Below the pieces are notes generated by a model. The model was not told the DNA's origin, made no database searches, and saw nothing but the letters and a program-made list of their open reading frames with translations. A stretch of DNA of 64,000 nt. Origin: Meyerozyma guilliermondii. Its lineage: Eukaryota. Below are positions 40,531-50,318 of this stretch, one piece after another. A program made the position numbers and the translations under genes. Numbering within the stretch: the first letter of the stretch is position 1; every line of letters starts with the position of its first letter. The stretch is from positions 1,426,001 to 1,490,000 of the forward strand of contig CP128817.1 in the NCBI GenBank assembly GCA_051546255.1. Direction: 5' to 3'.

Positions 40531-40607
40531 GGCTAATGATGTTTCCATGCTAATCATGATACTCTTGATTAAATCATACTAAATCGTACAATTGTACGTC
40601 TGAAGCC
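40531..40607 (+). ncRNA. SNR53: Box C/D snoRNA snR53 (guides 18S Am796 equivalent)
   Basis: Terminal stem GGCT/AGCC, variant box C ATGATGT, guide TTCCATGCTAAT plus D' ATGA (pairs with SSU AUUAGCAUGGAA) and box D CTGA at 40600; follows snR67 as in the S. cerevisiae dicistron. Confidence 0.88.
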
Positions 40608-40842
40608 TTATATTGTTGTACGTAGATCTTACTTCCGTTAAGGTGCTGACTATTTGCTAGCGTGGTGATATACTGCTATACGATACTCTTCTAGTACTGC
40701 TATAGTACTGTTAGTGACTTGTGTTATCTCATGGCTTATAGTCAATTGTGGTGCAATTGCGGTACAACTGCCGTCATCTCGCACCAAACTCTTCCACGTT
40801 TATTTTCATTTCTCAACTCAGATCGCGACAAGTTTATTTACT

Positions 40843-42144
40843 ATGGACGATGCACGAAGGTTCGCTGATATCGTCCCGATACCGTTCAAGATCGTGGCGT
40901 TGCTACAGATCGGTATAGGGTTCTGGTATCTTCTCGTAAAAATCTGCTACGAAATTTACCTGCTAAATATTCTTGAGTTATTGAACCTTTCATACTCACC
41001 GCATAATTATGGAGATACTGGAGAAAGAATGCCCTCGGGAGAAGCGGCTACTACGATTCCCGCAGACTCCAAAGAGAACCATCTTTTATTAACAGGCATA
41101 AAATCTAATTTCAAGCGATTGTTGGTCGTCAATTGTACCCTTTTTGTTAACTGTAAAGTGGTACTGTATTTCGTCAGTGACCAAGGCGATCAAACCAAAG
41201 ACCATATACTCCAGGGTACTTACTATGTGTTAAGCCTGGCAGCGATAATGACGACCATAGGCGGAATATTTCACAGCACCACTAATCCTCGTCAATTGGG
41301 TCAGTTTCGTCTACACTCATCAATCAAGAGAATCATGTTAGGAGGTATCAATTCCAATACCATGCGTACCAATGACATTCTTCTCTCAGATACACTCACA
41401 TCCTACAGTAAGGTCCTTAATGATTGTGGGCTTTATATATGGACATTGGTGTTCTCTTCCAATCCATACGACCCCAAATTGGAATTTATCGTTTTGATTA
41501 TACCCACATTAATCCGAATGAAACAATGCTGGCACGAGTATAAACGAACCAATAAGTTACAACATGTTTTCAACTTGACAAAATACTCCACAGCAATGGG
41601 TCCATTGTTCATCAATTTACTCATAAAATTGACTCTTGCTACATTCAATCCCGACAACAAAGAAGACCTACAAAAGGAAGCAGTTCTCCACCATCTTTCT
41701 TACTTGAACAAATGGTGGTATGTACTCTCAACACTAAACTCAGTATACACTTTCATTTGGGACATCAAAATGGATTGGGGATTTCAGGCATTCGATTCAT
41801 TTTTCACAACCACACCGTCCGTTGTCATTCTTCGCCCCAATCGGCACCTTTACTTCAAAAGTTATTTATTCTACTACTTTGCCATAATTCTGGACTTTGT
41901 CCTCCGGTTTCTTTGGGTCCTCAAACTCTTTATTGTACACGAAAATGAGAACACTGGCTACGCACACATGGTGGGAGCATTCCTCTTTGGTAGCGATGCT
42001 CTTTCGTTTGGGTACACGTTGGTGGAATTCCTAGAGATATTTAGAAGATGGGTATGGTGCTTCCTCAAGTTGGAATCTGACTGGGGAAAACTCCAAGACA
42101 GTGGAATCCAACTTGAACTTCGGCCATTCCAAACCAAGGTATAG
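40843..42144 (+). CDS. ERD1: EXS-family protein Erd1
   Basis: DILLSDTLTSYSKVL.D, IR.KQCW.EY, NS.Y.F.WDI.MDW, DF.LRF.W and LEIFRRWVWCFLKLE; no SPX domain; near RRP17 as in S. cerevisiae. Confidence 0.88.
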   Translation: MDDARRFADIVPIPFKIVALLQIGIGFWYLLVKICYEIYLLNILELLNLSYSPHNYGDTGERMPSGEAATTIPADSKENHLLLTGIKSNFKRLLVVNCTLFVNCKVVLYFVSDQGDQTKDHILQGTYYVLSLAAIMTTIGGIFHSTTNPRQLGQFRLHSSIKRIMLGGINSNTMRTNDILLSDTLTSYSKVLNDCGLYIWTLVFSSNPYDPKLEFIVLIIPTLIRMKQCWHEYKRTNKLQHVFNLTKYSTAMGPLFINLLIKLTLATFNPDNKEDLQKEAVLHHLSYLNKWWYVLSTLNSVYTFIWDIKMDWGFQAFDSFFTTTPSVVILRPNRHLYFKSYLFYYFAIILDFVLRFLWVLKLFIVHENENTGYAHMVGAFLFGSDALSFGYTLVEFLEIFRRWVWCFLKLESDWGKLQDSGIQLELRPFQTKV

Positions 42145-42277
42145 ACGCATAGACAATCCAATTTTTTGAAGTTCTTCAGTTCAGCTCTACGATGCTCTTC
42201 GTAAGGATATATTAACTACGCGACACTCATATCGTAGGATAACTATTCGACACTATCGTAGATATATTCTAAATGCA

Positions 42278-42454
42278 TTATTGGTTATCTAACCATTTCT
42301 GGGATGCGTTTCTCCATGACAAATCGGCCTTTGGACTGATTCTGTTTTCACTAGCCCACTTGTATTTCAAAGGAGACTTGATCAAGCCATACACGATGGC
42401 CACCGAAGACATGGTGGCTATCGCAGCAAAACTCAACTTTGGAGCATGGGCCAT
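42278..42454 (-). CDS. Candidate 58-aa single-pass microprotein
   Basis: ATG in AAAATGG context; MAHAPKLSFAAIATMSSVAIVYGLIKSPLKYKW... has one hydrophobic segment followed by basic residues; fills an otherwise gene-sized gap. Confidence 0.4.
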   Translation of the reverse strand: MAHAPKLSFAAIATMSSVAIVYGLIKSPLKYKWASENRISPKADLSWRNASQKWLDNQ

Positions 42455-42761
42455 TTTCAGAGTAGGTTGTTTCTCGCACTTTTTGGTTGGTTGATGATAA
42501 TGGGCCGCGCACGACCAGAAAGACAAGAAAGATGTCAGTTACGACAACTCAATGTAAAGTACCAGTGATATTCGATATGAGTATAGCCTACGTATTGCTT
42601 CAGAATACTCCATAAATATTCTCTTAAGTTCCATCATAGACAACCATTCTAGTCTCCATCTTATGTTGAGCCTGGGGGCTTAGTGGAAAGCAATCCGCGC
42701 TTGACTATTAATAACCACCAAGTTGGCCCACCAAATCGAAGTTCGAATAAAAGAGACGATA

Positions 42762-43265
42762 ATGCTGAGATCCTTCACCTATGCTTTGGTTACATCAGCA
42801 TCGTTGCTTCAGATTGCGTTTTCTTATCCATTTAGCGAGGAAATCTCATGGCATAATGTTCAATTGGACCTCCTGAATATTGACGTCGTTATCGATACTG
42901 CTGATCAGCAAGATGTTCCTTACTATGAAATTACCAATTCGGAGAAGGATGTGGAAATAAAAGCTATGACGATCTCGTTTATGAATGGAACTGTAATTAA
43001 ACATTCAAATTTCACTTCTAAAGTAGATGACCAACACAGTATGATTTACGATCTCGTACTTGAAGCAGGTGGATTTACCGAGGAGTTTATACTCGAGATA
43101 GTGAGAGAGAGTCAAATAATTTACGACCACTACAACCGGGACCCAGAAACTGATCTGAATGGCATCGACTCTTCTGATGAGGACGGTGAAAATTATTCGC
43201 TGGATGAAAGCCTTTTGCGGAAACTTCCCCCAGGGTGGTACCAGGTACCATATGAAGATGACTGA
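42762..43265 (+). CDS. Uncharacterised acidic protein with predicted signal peptide
   Basis: ATG at 42762: MLRSFTYALVTSASLLQIAFS-YP looks like a cleavable signal; D/E-rich; N-glycosylation sequons NGT and NFT; family not recognised. Confidence 0.6.
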   Translation: MLRSFTYALVTSASLLQIAFSYPFSEEISWHNVQLDLLNIDVVIDTADQQDVPYYEITNSEKDVEIKAMTISFMNGTVIKHSNFTSKVDDQHSMIYDLVLEAGGFTEEFILEIVRESQIIYDHYNRDPETDLNGIDSSDEDGENYSLDESLLRKLPPGWYQVPYEDD

Positions 43266-43541
43266 GAGTAGAACGAGCTATACTTATGAACGTCAATTCT
43301 GGTAATTGACCTTGAGTGAAAGTACGTATTTAGCTAATAATTATATGACTGAAAGAACTCTTTTAAAGCAATAAGTCTTTTACATCCTTTCTATACTATT
43401 ACACTAATATAACCCCCTTTGTCTACTTCTCTGACCTCTGTCTCTGACCTCTGTCCCTGATACCCTCGTATGAGCCGGGCTCCCATTACATAAGCAGTTA
43501 TGAATTTTCATAATGAAAAATTCATCAGTGAATTCTCCAGT

Positions 43542-44621
43542 ATGTTTCGGCTGGTAGGCTCTAGAGCCGTAAACCGGCCCTTTAGAGTGTACACGCAGGC
43601 GTACCATGTCGCCCAAGCTGACAAGTCGTTGGGTACACAATATAATGCCGTCAACGAATACGCCAGTTACAAAAACACAATTTTCACCCATCGTCTTCCA
43701 GAATCGACCGCCCAACAGAGCCCATTATTGGTGGCTTTGCATTCCAGACTTCATCTTCCCAAAGCTTATACGTTCTCAACGTTGTCCCAGGCGTTAAATA
43801 TGAGAAAGCATGGCGGTTTAGCCAATAATTTTGGTTTGAGTACTTTGGGTAAAACTCTTTTATCATACTATGTTTCGGAATATCTCTTGGTGAGATACCC
43901 TCGATTGCCCATGGGGGTCCACAACGCTGCTGTAGATGCGTATATGGGGGCTGAAACGTTGGGCGAGATGGGGAGATCATGGGGAATCGAAGTTGACAAT
44001 TCAGATCGATTGGAGAAGTATTTGGCCAAAGAGCCCGAATTCATGCAATATGGAAAATTGCGGTTTGGAGACAATAGAACCAATTTCACAGACAGAGAAG
44101 ATGGCGTGACCGAGTTGTCGGAGGCGGAAATGGCACGGTTGCGCAACAATGTAAATACCAGTGATGAGACCCAAGCTTATGCCTCTGCTGTGAGATCGAT
44201 AATAGGTGGATTATATACCCACTGTGGTGAAGGAGCCACCAAGCAATTCATCAACGACCACGTTTTGTCACGAAAGGTGCCGCTTGAACAAATGTTCCAA
44301 TTTTCCAAACCCACCCGAGAATTGGTACGACTCTGCGACAAGCTCGGATTCAAAGATCCAGTAGAAATCAGACTTATAGCCGAAACGGGAAGATTATCAG
44401 CACACGCCATTTACGTTGCCGGTGCGTTCACAGGAGGAGAGAAGCTTGGCGAGGGAATTGGCTCGTCGATTCAAGAAGCCAAAACCAGAGCCGTGGTCAA
44501 TGCGTTGATGTCATACTACTTGTACTCGCCAATAACTTCCGATGGAAACCAAGTCAAATTGCCTAGCGACAGCAGCTACAAGTTCGAGGGTATCGTGGGC
44601 GAGGGAGACGTAGCTATTTAG
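43542..44621 (+). CDS. MRPL3: Mitochondrial ribosomal protein mL44 (RNase III-like + dsRBD)
   Basis: L.ALH.RL.LP, N.GL..LGK.LLSYYV.E.L...YPRLP and P.REL..LC...G...P..RL.AETGRLS; mitochondrial presequence from 43542. Confidence 0.92.
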   Translation: MFRLVGSRAVNRPFRVYTQAYHVAQADKSLGTQYNAVNEYASYKNTIFTHRLPESTAQQSPLLVALHSRLHLPKAYTFSTLSQALNMRKHGGLANNFGLSTLGKTLLSYYVSEYLLVRYPRLPMGVHNAAVDAYMGAETLGEMGRSWGIEVDNSDRLEKYLAKEPEFMQYGKLRFGDNRTNFTDREDGVTELSEAEMARLRNNVNTSDETQAYASAVRSIIGGLYTHCGEGATKQFINDHVLSRKVPLEQMFQFSKPTRELVRLCDKLGFKDPVEIRLIAETGRLSAHAIYVAGAFTGGEKLGEGIGSSIQEAKTRAVVNALMSYYLYSPITSDGNQVKLPSDSSYKFEGIVGEGDVAI

Positions 44622-44704
44622 CTATATCATGTATATACTACAAACTATACTGTACAGTTGTTATACTACACAACCAAGTTATACTGTATGGTGCGCGGGT
44701 GTCC

Positions 44705-44710
44705 GAGTCA
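44705..44710. promoter_or_regulatory. Bas1/Gcn4-type TGACTC site in ADE5,7 promoter
   Basis: GAGTCA ~45 bp upstream of the ADE5,7 ATG. Confidence 0.5.
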
Positions 44711-44753
44711 AATAATTAATCTCATCGCACAGATTAACCTAGTTACCAAACCT

Positions 44754-47132
44754 ATGTCTGCACTCAGAATCCTTGTTGTGGGAAACGGCGGCAGAGAACA
44801 CGCCATTGTGTGGCGCTTGGCCCAGTCGCCTACCGTAGAACATATTTATGTGGCTCCAGGAAACGGAGGAACCGCTTGTTCACCAAAAGTCACCAACGTG
44901 GGCGAGTTACTGGGATCTCCAAAACACTTTGAAGCATTGAAAAAGTTTGCCTTGGACAAGAAAATTAACTTGGTGGTGCCGGGACCAGAACAACCTCTCG
45001 TAGACGGAATCTCAACTGTTTTCGCCGAGATCGGTGTGCCAGTTTTCGGACCCTCTGCCAAGGCTGCGGTGATGGAAGGTTCCAAGGCATTTTCCAAGAC
45101 ATTCATGGAAAAGCATAATATTCCCACTGCTAGATTCGCCAATTTCACGAACTACGAGGACGCAAAGAAGCATATCGAGTCGGTGGACTACAAGATTGTG
45201 TTGAAAGCTGATGGTATTGCTGCTGGTAAAGGTGTTCTCATTCCAGAAACCAAGCAGGAAGCTTTGGCCGGACTCGACGAAATCATGATCCAAAAAAACT
45301 TTGGTGACGCCGGTAACGAGATTGTTATCGAAGAGTTCCTCGAAGGTGACGAATTGTCGATTTTGACCATAAGTGATGGCTACTCATTTTTCAACTTTCC
45401 TGCAGCCCAGGACCACAAAAGAATTGGTGATGGCGACAAAGGTCTTAATACCGGTGGAATGGGAGCTTATGCGCCAGCTCCTATTGCTACTCCATCCATT
45501 CTCAAGAAAATTGACGAGCAAATCATCAAGCCTTCTATCGATGGAATGAGAAAGGACGGATTCCCAATGTGTGGAATTTTGTTCACCGGAATCATGCTTA
45601 CTCCCCAAAAGGAACCCAAGGTTTTGGAGTACAACGTCAGATTCGGCGACCCAGAAACCCAAACTGTTCTTCCTTTGCTTTCAGACGACACCGATTTGGC
45701 TCAAGTAATGTTGGCAGCCGCCGAACACCGGTTGGACTCGGTGGAATTGAAAGTGAAAGAGGGTCAATTTTCTACTACAGTGGTTATGTCTGCCGGTGGA
45801 TACCCAGAGGCTTACAAAAAAGGCGATACCATTACTGTAAAGACACCAATTCCCGAAAACTCATACATTTTCCACGCTGGAACCGCTGAAAAAGATGGTA
45901 AAGTCGTTACGGCCGGTGGAAGAGTTATCGCTGCAACTGCAACCGCTTCTACCTTGAGATCTTCGGTCGACAAAGCATATGAAGCCGTGAAGCATGTAAC
46001 CTTCGAAGGCAAGTATAATCGTCAAGATATTGCTCATCGTGCCTTCCGTGACGCTGAGGGTTCCACCAAGAAGGGAGTTACCTACGCCGAGGCCGGTGTT
46101 AGTGTTGATAACGGAAACCAGTTGATTGAGGTTATCAAGGCCAAGGTTAAGTCCACCGCTAGACCAGGAGCCGATAGCGACCTTGGAGGATTTGGAGGAC
46201 TTTTCGACTTGAAGAAATCTGGGTATCCATTGGAGGACACTCTTTTGGTGGCAGCTACCGATGGTGTGGGTACGAAGTTGAGAGTGGCACAGATTATGGA
46301 TATTCATGATACTGTGGGAATCGATTTGGTTGCGATGAACGTTAATGATTTGGTGGTTCAAGGAGCAGAGCCTCTTCTTTTCTTGGATTACTTTGCTACC
46401 GCAAAATTGGACATTGGTGTTGCCGCCAAGTTTGTTGGTGGTGTTGCCGATGGCTGTATTCAAGCCGGATGTGCTTTGGTTGGTGGAGAAACCTCGGAAA
46501 TGCCCGGTATGTATGCTCCTGGTCATTATGATACCAATGGTACTGCTGTAGGAGCTGTTGCCAGAGACAGAATCTTACCACAAACAGACAAAATGGGACC
46601 TGGAAATGTCATTATTGGATTACGAAGCGATGGTGTTCACTCCAACGGATTTTCGTTGGTTCGTCACATTATAGAAATCTCAGACTACGACTACAAGTCT
46701 GTGGCTCCTTGGAGCAAGAGTGGTAAGACAATTGGAGAGGAGGTGCTTGTGCCCACCAGAATCTATGTCAAGCAACTTCTTCCTAGCATCAGAGATGGAG
46801 ACCTTTTGGGATTGGCTCACATTACTGGTGGAGGGCTTGTGGAGAATATTCCTCGAGCCTTGCCCAAGCATTTGCAAGCTGAGATTGACATGAGCAAATG
46901 GGAGGTGCCAGAGATCTTCAAGTGGTTTGGAAAACAAGGAAATGTTCCTCATGAAGATCTTTTGAAAACTTTCAATTTGGGTATTGGAATGATTTTGATT
47001 GTGGAGGAAGAGAAGGTGGAAAAAGTGATGGCCAGCTTAAAATCACACAACGAAGATCCTGTGGTGATAGGAAAGCTTGTGGAGAGAAAAGAGGGACCTG
47101 GATGCGTGGTGAACGTTTCCGGTTTGTACTAG
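44754..47132 (+). CDS. ADE5,7: Bifunctional GAR synthetase / AIR synthetase
   Basis: GNGGREHA, KADG.AAGKGV, QDHKR..DGD.G.NTGGMGAY, EYNVRFGDPE; PurM part DGVGTK, GGETSEMPG, HITGGGL.EN. Confidence 0.98.
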   Translation: MSALRILVVGNGGREHAIVWRLAQSPTVEHIYVAPGNGGTACSPKVTNVGELLGSPKHFEALKKFALDKKINLVVPGPEQPLVDGISTVFAEIGVPVFGPSAKAAVMEGSKAFSKTFMEKHNIPTARFANFTNYEDAKKHIESVDYKIVLKADGIAAGKGVLIPETKQEALAGLDEIMIQKNFGDAGNEIVIEEFLEGDELSILTISDGYSFFNFPAAQDHKRIGDGDKGLNTGGMGAYAPAPIATPSILKKIDEQIIKPSIDGMRKDGFPMCGILFTGIMLTPQKEPKVLEYNVRFGDPETQTVLPLLSDDTDLAQVMLAAAEHRLDSVELKVKEGQFSTTVVMSAGGYPEAYKKGDTITVKTPIPENSYIFHAGTAEKDGKVVTAGGRVIAATATASTLRSSVDKAYEAVKHVTFEGKYNRQDIAHRAFRDAEGSTKKGVTYAEAGVSVDNGNQLIEVIKAKVKSTARPGADSDLGGFGGLFDLKKSGYPLEDTLLVAATDGVGTKLRVAQIMDIHDTVGIDLVAMNVNDLVVQGAEPLLFLDYFATAKLDIGVAAKFVGGVADGCIQAGCALVGGETSEMPGMYAPGHYDTNGTAVGAVARDRILPQTDKMGPGNVIIGLRSDGVHSNGFSLVRHIIEISDYDYKSVAPWSKSGKTIGEEVLVPTRIYVKQLLPSIRDGDLLGLAHITGGGLVENIPRALPKHLQAEIDMSKWEVPEIFKWFGKQGNVPHEDLLKTFNLGIGMILIVEEEKVEKVMASLKSHNEDPVVIGKLVERKEGPGCVVNVSGLY

Positions 47133-47221
47133 TTTTTGAACCTACAATATAATGTAACATACTTGTCCTGTACCGCTACGGTAATAAGCGATCGTGGTGT
47201 CTCACTTTTGATAGCGGCAAC

Positions 47222-47272
47222 TCACGTGACACACCTTGATATCTCAGCTCGATTTCAACTGTGCTGGGTGCA
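47222..47272. promoter_or_regulatory. Cbf1 site (TCACGTGA), Met31/32-like AACTGTG and Aft-like TGGGTGCA in GSH1 promoter
   Basis: TCACGTGA at 47222, AACTGTGC at 47257 and TGGGTGCA at 47265. Confidence 0.6.
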
Positions 47273-47446
47273 ATAAAAGTTCACTTTCCTCGTTGACTTT
47301 ATCTCCGCAAACCATTCGAGCTGCGTTCTTGCGATTGCAAATCTTGTCAAGAGCTCGCAACCTAAGGATAATCGACACTTTCTAGTTTTGAAAGCTCATC
47401 TACTTTTTTACAGATCTTTTCGTTGACGATTTGTAAGCGGTTCTGA

Positions 47447-49750
47447 ATGGGTTTGCTCTCGCTAGGAACCCCGTTGGACTGGCACGAGTCGAAGCAGTAC
47501 AACGAGCATGTCCGGGAGAATGGAATAATACAACTCATCAACATATTTAAGCAGCATGGGAGCCGTCAAAACGATGTTTTTTACTGGGGCGATGAGGTTG
47601 AATACATGCTTGTCGATATGGACGACGCCAGCAAGACTGCCAAGCTCTCTATCGATAAGGATTACATTTTGCTGGACTTGAACGATCCGGAAAAACCAAA
47701 GTCGTACCAAAAGTGTGTTGCTAACAATATTCTGTTTCATCCAGAATACGGTCGTTATATGATAGAAGCAACACCTTTACGACCATATCATGGCGACCGG
47801 ATTCGTGACTATCTTTCTGTGGAGGAAAACATGGCTAGAAGACGCTTGGTTAGTCAGTCGGAACTTCCTTCTCATATCAAACCATTGACGTTGACTGCGT
47901 TTCCTAGAATGGGTTGCCCTGAATTCACTTCTCCAGCAACAAAGCCCATTGGTCCTGCGTCCCAGTCTTTATTTCTCCCCGACGAGATTATCAATCGTCA
48001 TGTTAGATTTCCCACTTTGACAGCAAACATTCGTAAAAGAAGAGGCAGTAAAGTGGCCATCAACTTGCCTATTTATCCCGACAGAAATACAAAATTGTTG
48101 GACGATTCAATTCCTCGTGATCGTGATTTGTTCCCGTCAGACAGGGAACCATCCCTTGGTGCTGCGAGACCTGGTCATGTCTATATGGACTCTATGGGAT
48201 TTGGAATGGGATCTTCTTGTTTGCAGGTCACCGTTCAAGCCAAAGATATTGACGAGGCACGTTTTCTCTATGATTCGTTGGCTGCCTGGACTCCTATTTT
48301 GCTTGCTTTAAGTGCAGCGGCGCCGGTTTTCAAAGGTTACTTGGTGAACCAGGATGTAAGATGGAACGTTATCAGCGGAGCTGTCGACGACAGAACATTT
48401 TTGGAACGTGATGTGGACCCATATCCAGGATACGATCTCGTTGGTGGATTGGACGTTCCTGAAGAGGTGAGAGACCATATGCGGTTATTGGGCGGAGTTC
48501 GGGGTGTCAATGGTGACAGAGTGATCAACAAGAATGGCGATACAAAGGTTTATACTAATCAGGGCCGTCCGTTACAAAAGATCCCAAAATCACGTTACGA
48601 CTCCATTGACAATTACCTCGGTGACACCACTTATCTGAAAAAGAAACCTTATTTCAAAGATGAGTACAACGATATCAATTCGCCCATCAACAAAAAAGTG
48701 TACGACCAGTTGGTGAATACTCCGTACTTTGACGACAAACTAGCCACTCATTTTGCCCACTTGTTCATTCGTGATCCACTCGTCATCTTCTCGGAGAGAT
48801 TGGACCAGGACAACGAGCTCAGCAATGACCATTTTGAAAATCTTCAGTCTACAAATTGGCAAACCTTAAGGTTCAAGCCGCCGGCCTTATACCCCAAAGA
48901 TCTTTCGGAGGAAGCTTTGGCCGAGACTCCGGGCTGGAGAGTCGAGTTTCGACCTTTGGAAATCCAACTCAGTGACTTTGAGAACGCTGCCTACTCGGTG
49001 TTCATCACGTTGCTTTCCAGGGTGATTCTCAAATACCTGCCCGATTTCTACATTCCAATTCTGAAAATCGACGAGAACATGGCCACAGCGCATAAGGTGG
49101 ATGCCGTGTTGAAGGACAAGTTCTGGTTCAAGTCGTTTGATCTGTGGAACCTTGATCTCAGCGAATTTGTTGGCTATGATTTGAGTTGGTTCGATCGGTT
49201 TATCAACCACGGCAACGACGATTTGGCTGCGGACGAGGTGTACGTGAAGGGTTATAGTGAGCGAGCTGTTAGACGTTTTTCGAACGACTTTGAACCCGCT
49301 TATGAAACATGTCAAGGTTTCAACGAGAGCAAAGTACCAATCAGAGAACTCATCAATGGCAATTCACTGTTTCCTGGAATCCTTCGAATCATCATCAAGT
49401 ACATTGCGACAGACCTCTTGTCGGCTGAAACCAACCATCACTGCCTGACAAAGGAACTTGCGCTCAAAATGCTTCGTCTTCAAAGTTACTTGCGATTGAT
49501 TTCGTACCGAGCATCTGGCAAGATTCCCACTACAGCCCATTGGCTCCGAGAACAGGTGCTCAAGCACCCAGAGTACAAGCGTGATTCCAAGATATCCAGC
49601 CGTATAAACTACGACATAATCAAGGAAAGTACTAGAGTGTCGCAGCTCGAACCAGACATTCTAGAAGAGTTTTTTGGAAGCACCATTTCCGAGTATCTCA
49701 TGGGAACGGGAGCTAAAGAGTATGATATGGCTAACGGCGTAGCCCACTAA
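47447..49750 (+). CDS. GSH1: Gamma-glutamylcysteine synthetase
   Basis: MGLLSLGTPL.W, WGDEVEY, HPEYGRYMIEATP, YMDSMGFGMG..CLQVT, DHFENLQSTNWQT.RFKPP and GWRVEFRP. Confidence 0.98.
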   Translation: MGLLSLGTPLDWHESKQYNEHVRENGIIQLINIFKQHGSRQNDVFYWGDEVEYMLVDMDDASKTAKLSIDKDYILLDLNDPEKPKSYQKCVANNILFHPEYGRYMIEATPLRPYHGDRIRDYLSVEENMARRRLVSQSELPSHIKPLTLTAFPRMGCPEFTSPATKPIGPASQSLFLPDEIINRHVRFPTLTANIRKRRGSKVAINLPIYPDRNTKLLDDSIPRDRDLFPSDREPSLGAARPGHVYMDSMGFGMGSSCLQVTVQAKDIDEARFLYDSLAAWTPILLALSAAAPVFKGYLVNQDVRWNVISGAVDDRTFLERDVDPYPGYDLVGGLDVPEEVRDHMRLLGGVRGVNGDRVINKNGDTKVYTNQGRPLQKIPKSRYDSIDNYLGDTTYLKKKPYFKDEYNDINSPINKKVYDQLVNTPYFDDKLATHFAHLFIRDPLVIFSERLDQDNELSNDHFENLQSTNWQTLRFKPPALYPKDLSEEALAETPGWRVEFRPLEIQLSDFENAAYSVFITLLSRVILKYLPDFYIPILKIDENMATAHKVDAVLKDKFWFKSFDLWNLDLSEFVGYDLSWFDRFINHGNDDLAADEVYVKGYSERAVRRFSNDFEPAYETCQGFNESKVPIRELINGNSLFPGILRIIIKYIATDLLSAETNHHCLTKELALKMLRLQSYLRLISYRASGKIPTTAHWLREQVLKHPEYKRDSKISSRINYDIIKESTRVSQLEPDILEEFFGSTISEYLMGTGAKEYDMANGVAH

Positions 49751-50318
49751 TTACTACAGGAGTACCCAAAAGGGTTTCTCATAGAATCTAAAAGTTGAAC
49801 ACCCGCTGTATCGGGTTGTCGTAAATTAGCCCGTCGTGCATAATAGCACACACTTCGTAAATTGTTCGCACTCTGGACTCACGTTTACGATATTGTTCTT
49901 TGCAGGTTCAATGGCATCCTTACCTGTGCAGTCTTCTCCATCTTTTGAATCTCCTCTATGGCACCCCTACGGTGTTTATTAGGTGTACTTGGACCTTTGT
50001 TAATTTTTTATTCTACTAGCGTTTTCCACATAGTAAACTCAACTTTCAACAATGGAACACAAAAGATTTATTTCCGGTATGACAGTTTTCTAGTATCATA
50101 TCCGCAGGGTATCTATCCAGAATCATATGGGGCACTGTAACAGCATTTTGGGCCATTTATTATCGTCATGATCTTGATAAAAAGTACAATTACATCATGG
50201 CTGCGGTGTTGACACATGCTACAAGCAGTGTTGATAATATGTGATTATAATTTATGGGGTTTGTTATGCCTTCTTGAAACAACCAGGAAATCGTTGAGAG
50301 ATGTCTTGAATTATAATT

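Noticed and set aside
42199..42265. Degenerate TCGTAG...CGACACT repeats (also CTCTGACCTCTGT x2 at ~43430)
   Set aside because: Short local duplications in terminator or promoter DNA; no array or mobile-element hallmarks.
42674..42690. GGGGCTTAGT resembling the RNase MRP/P CR-V element
   Set aside because: No preceding ACA element and no upstream GAAAGTCCCC-type CR-I partner.
45861..46526. Long antisense ORFs (also 31339-32025, 55723-56313, 28884-29393)
   Set aside because: Shadows of codon-biased sense genes with no independent protein features.
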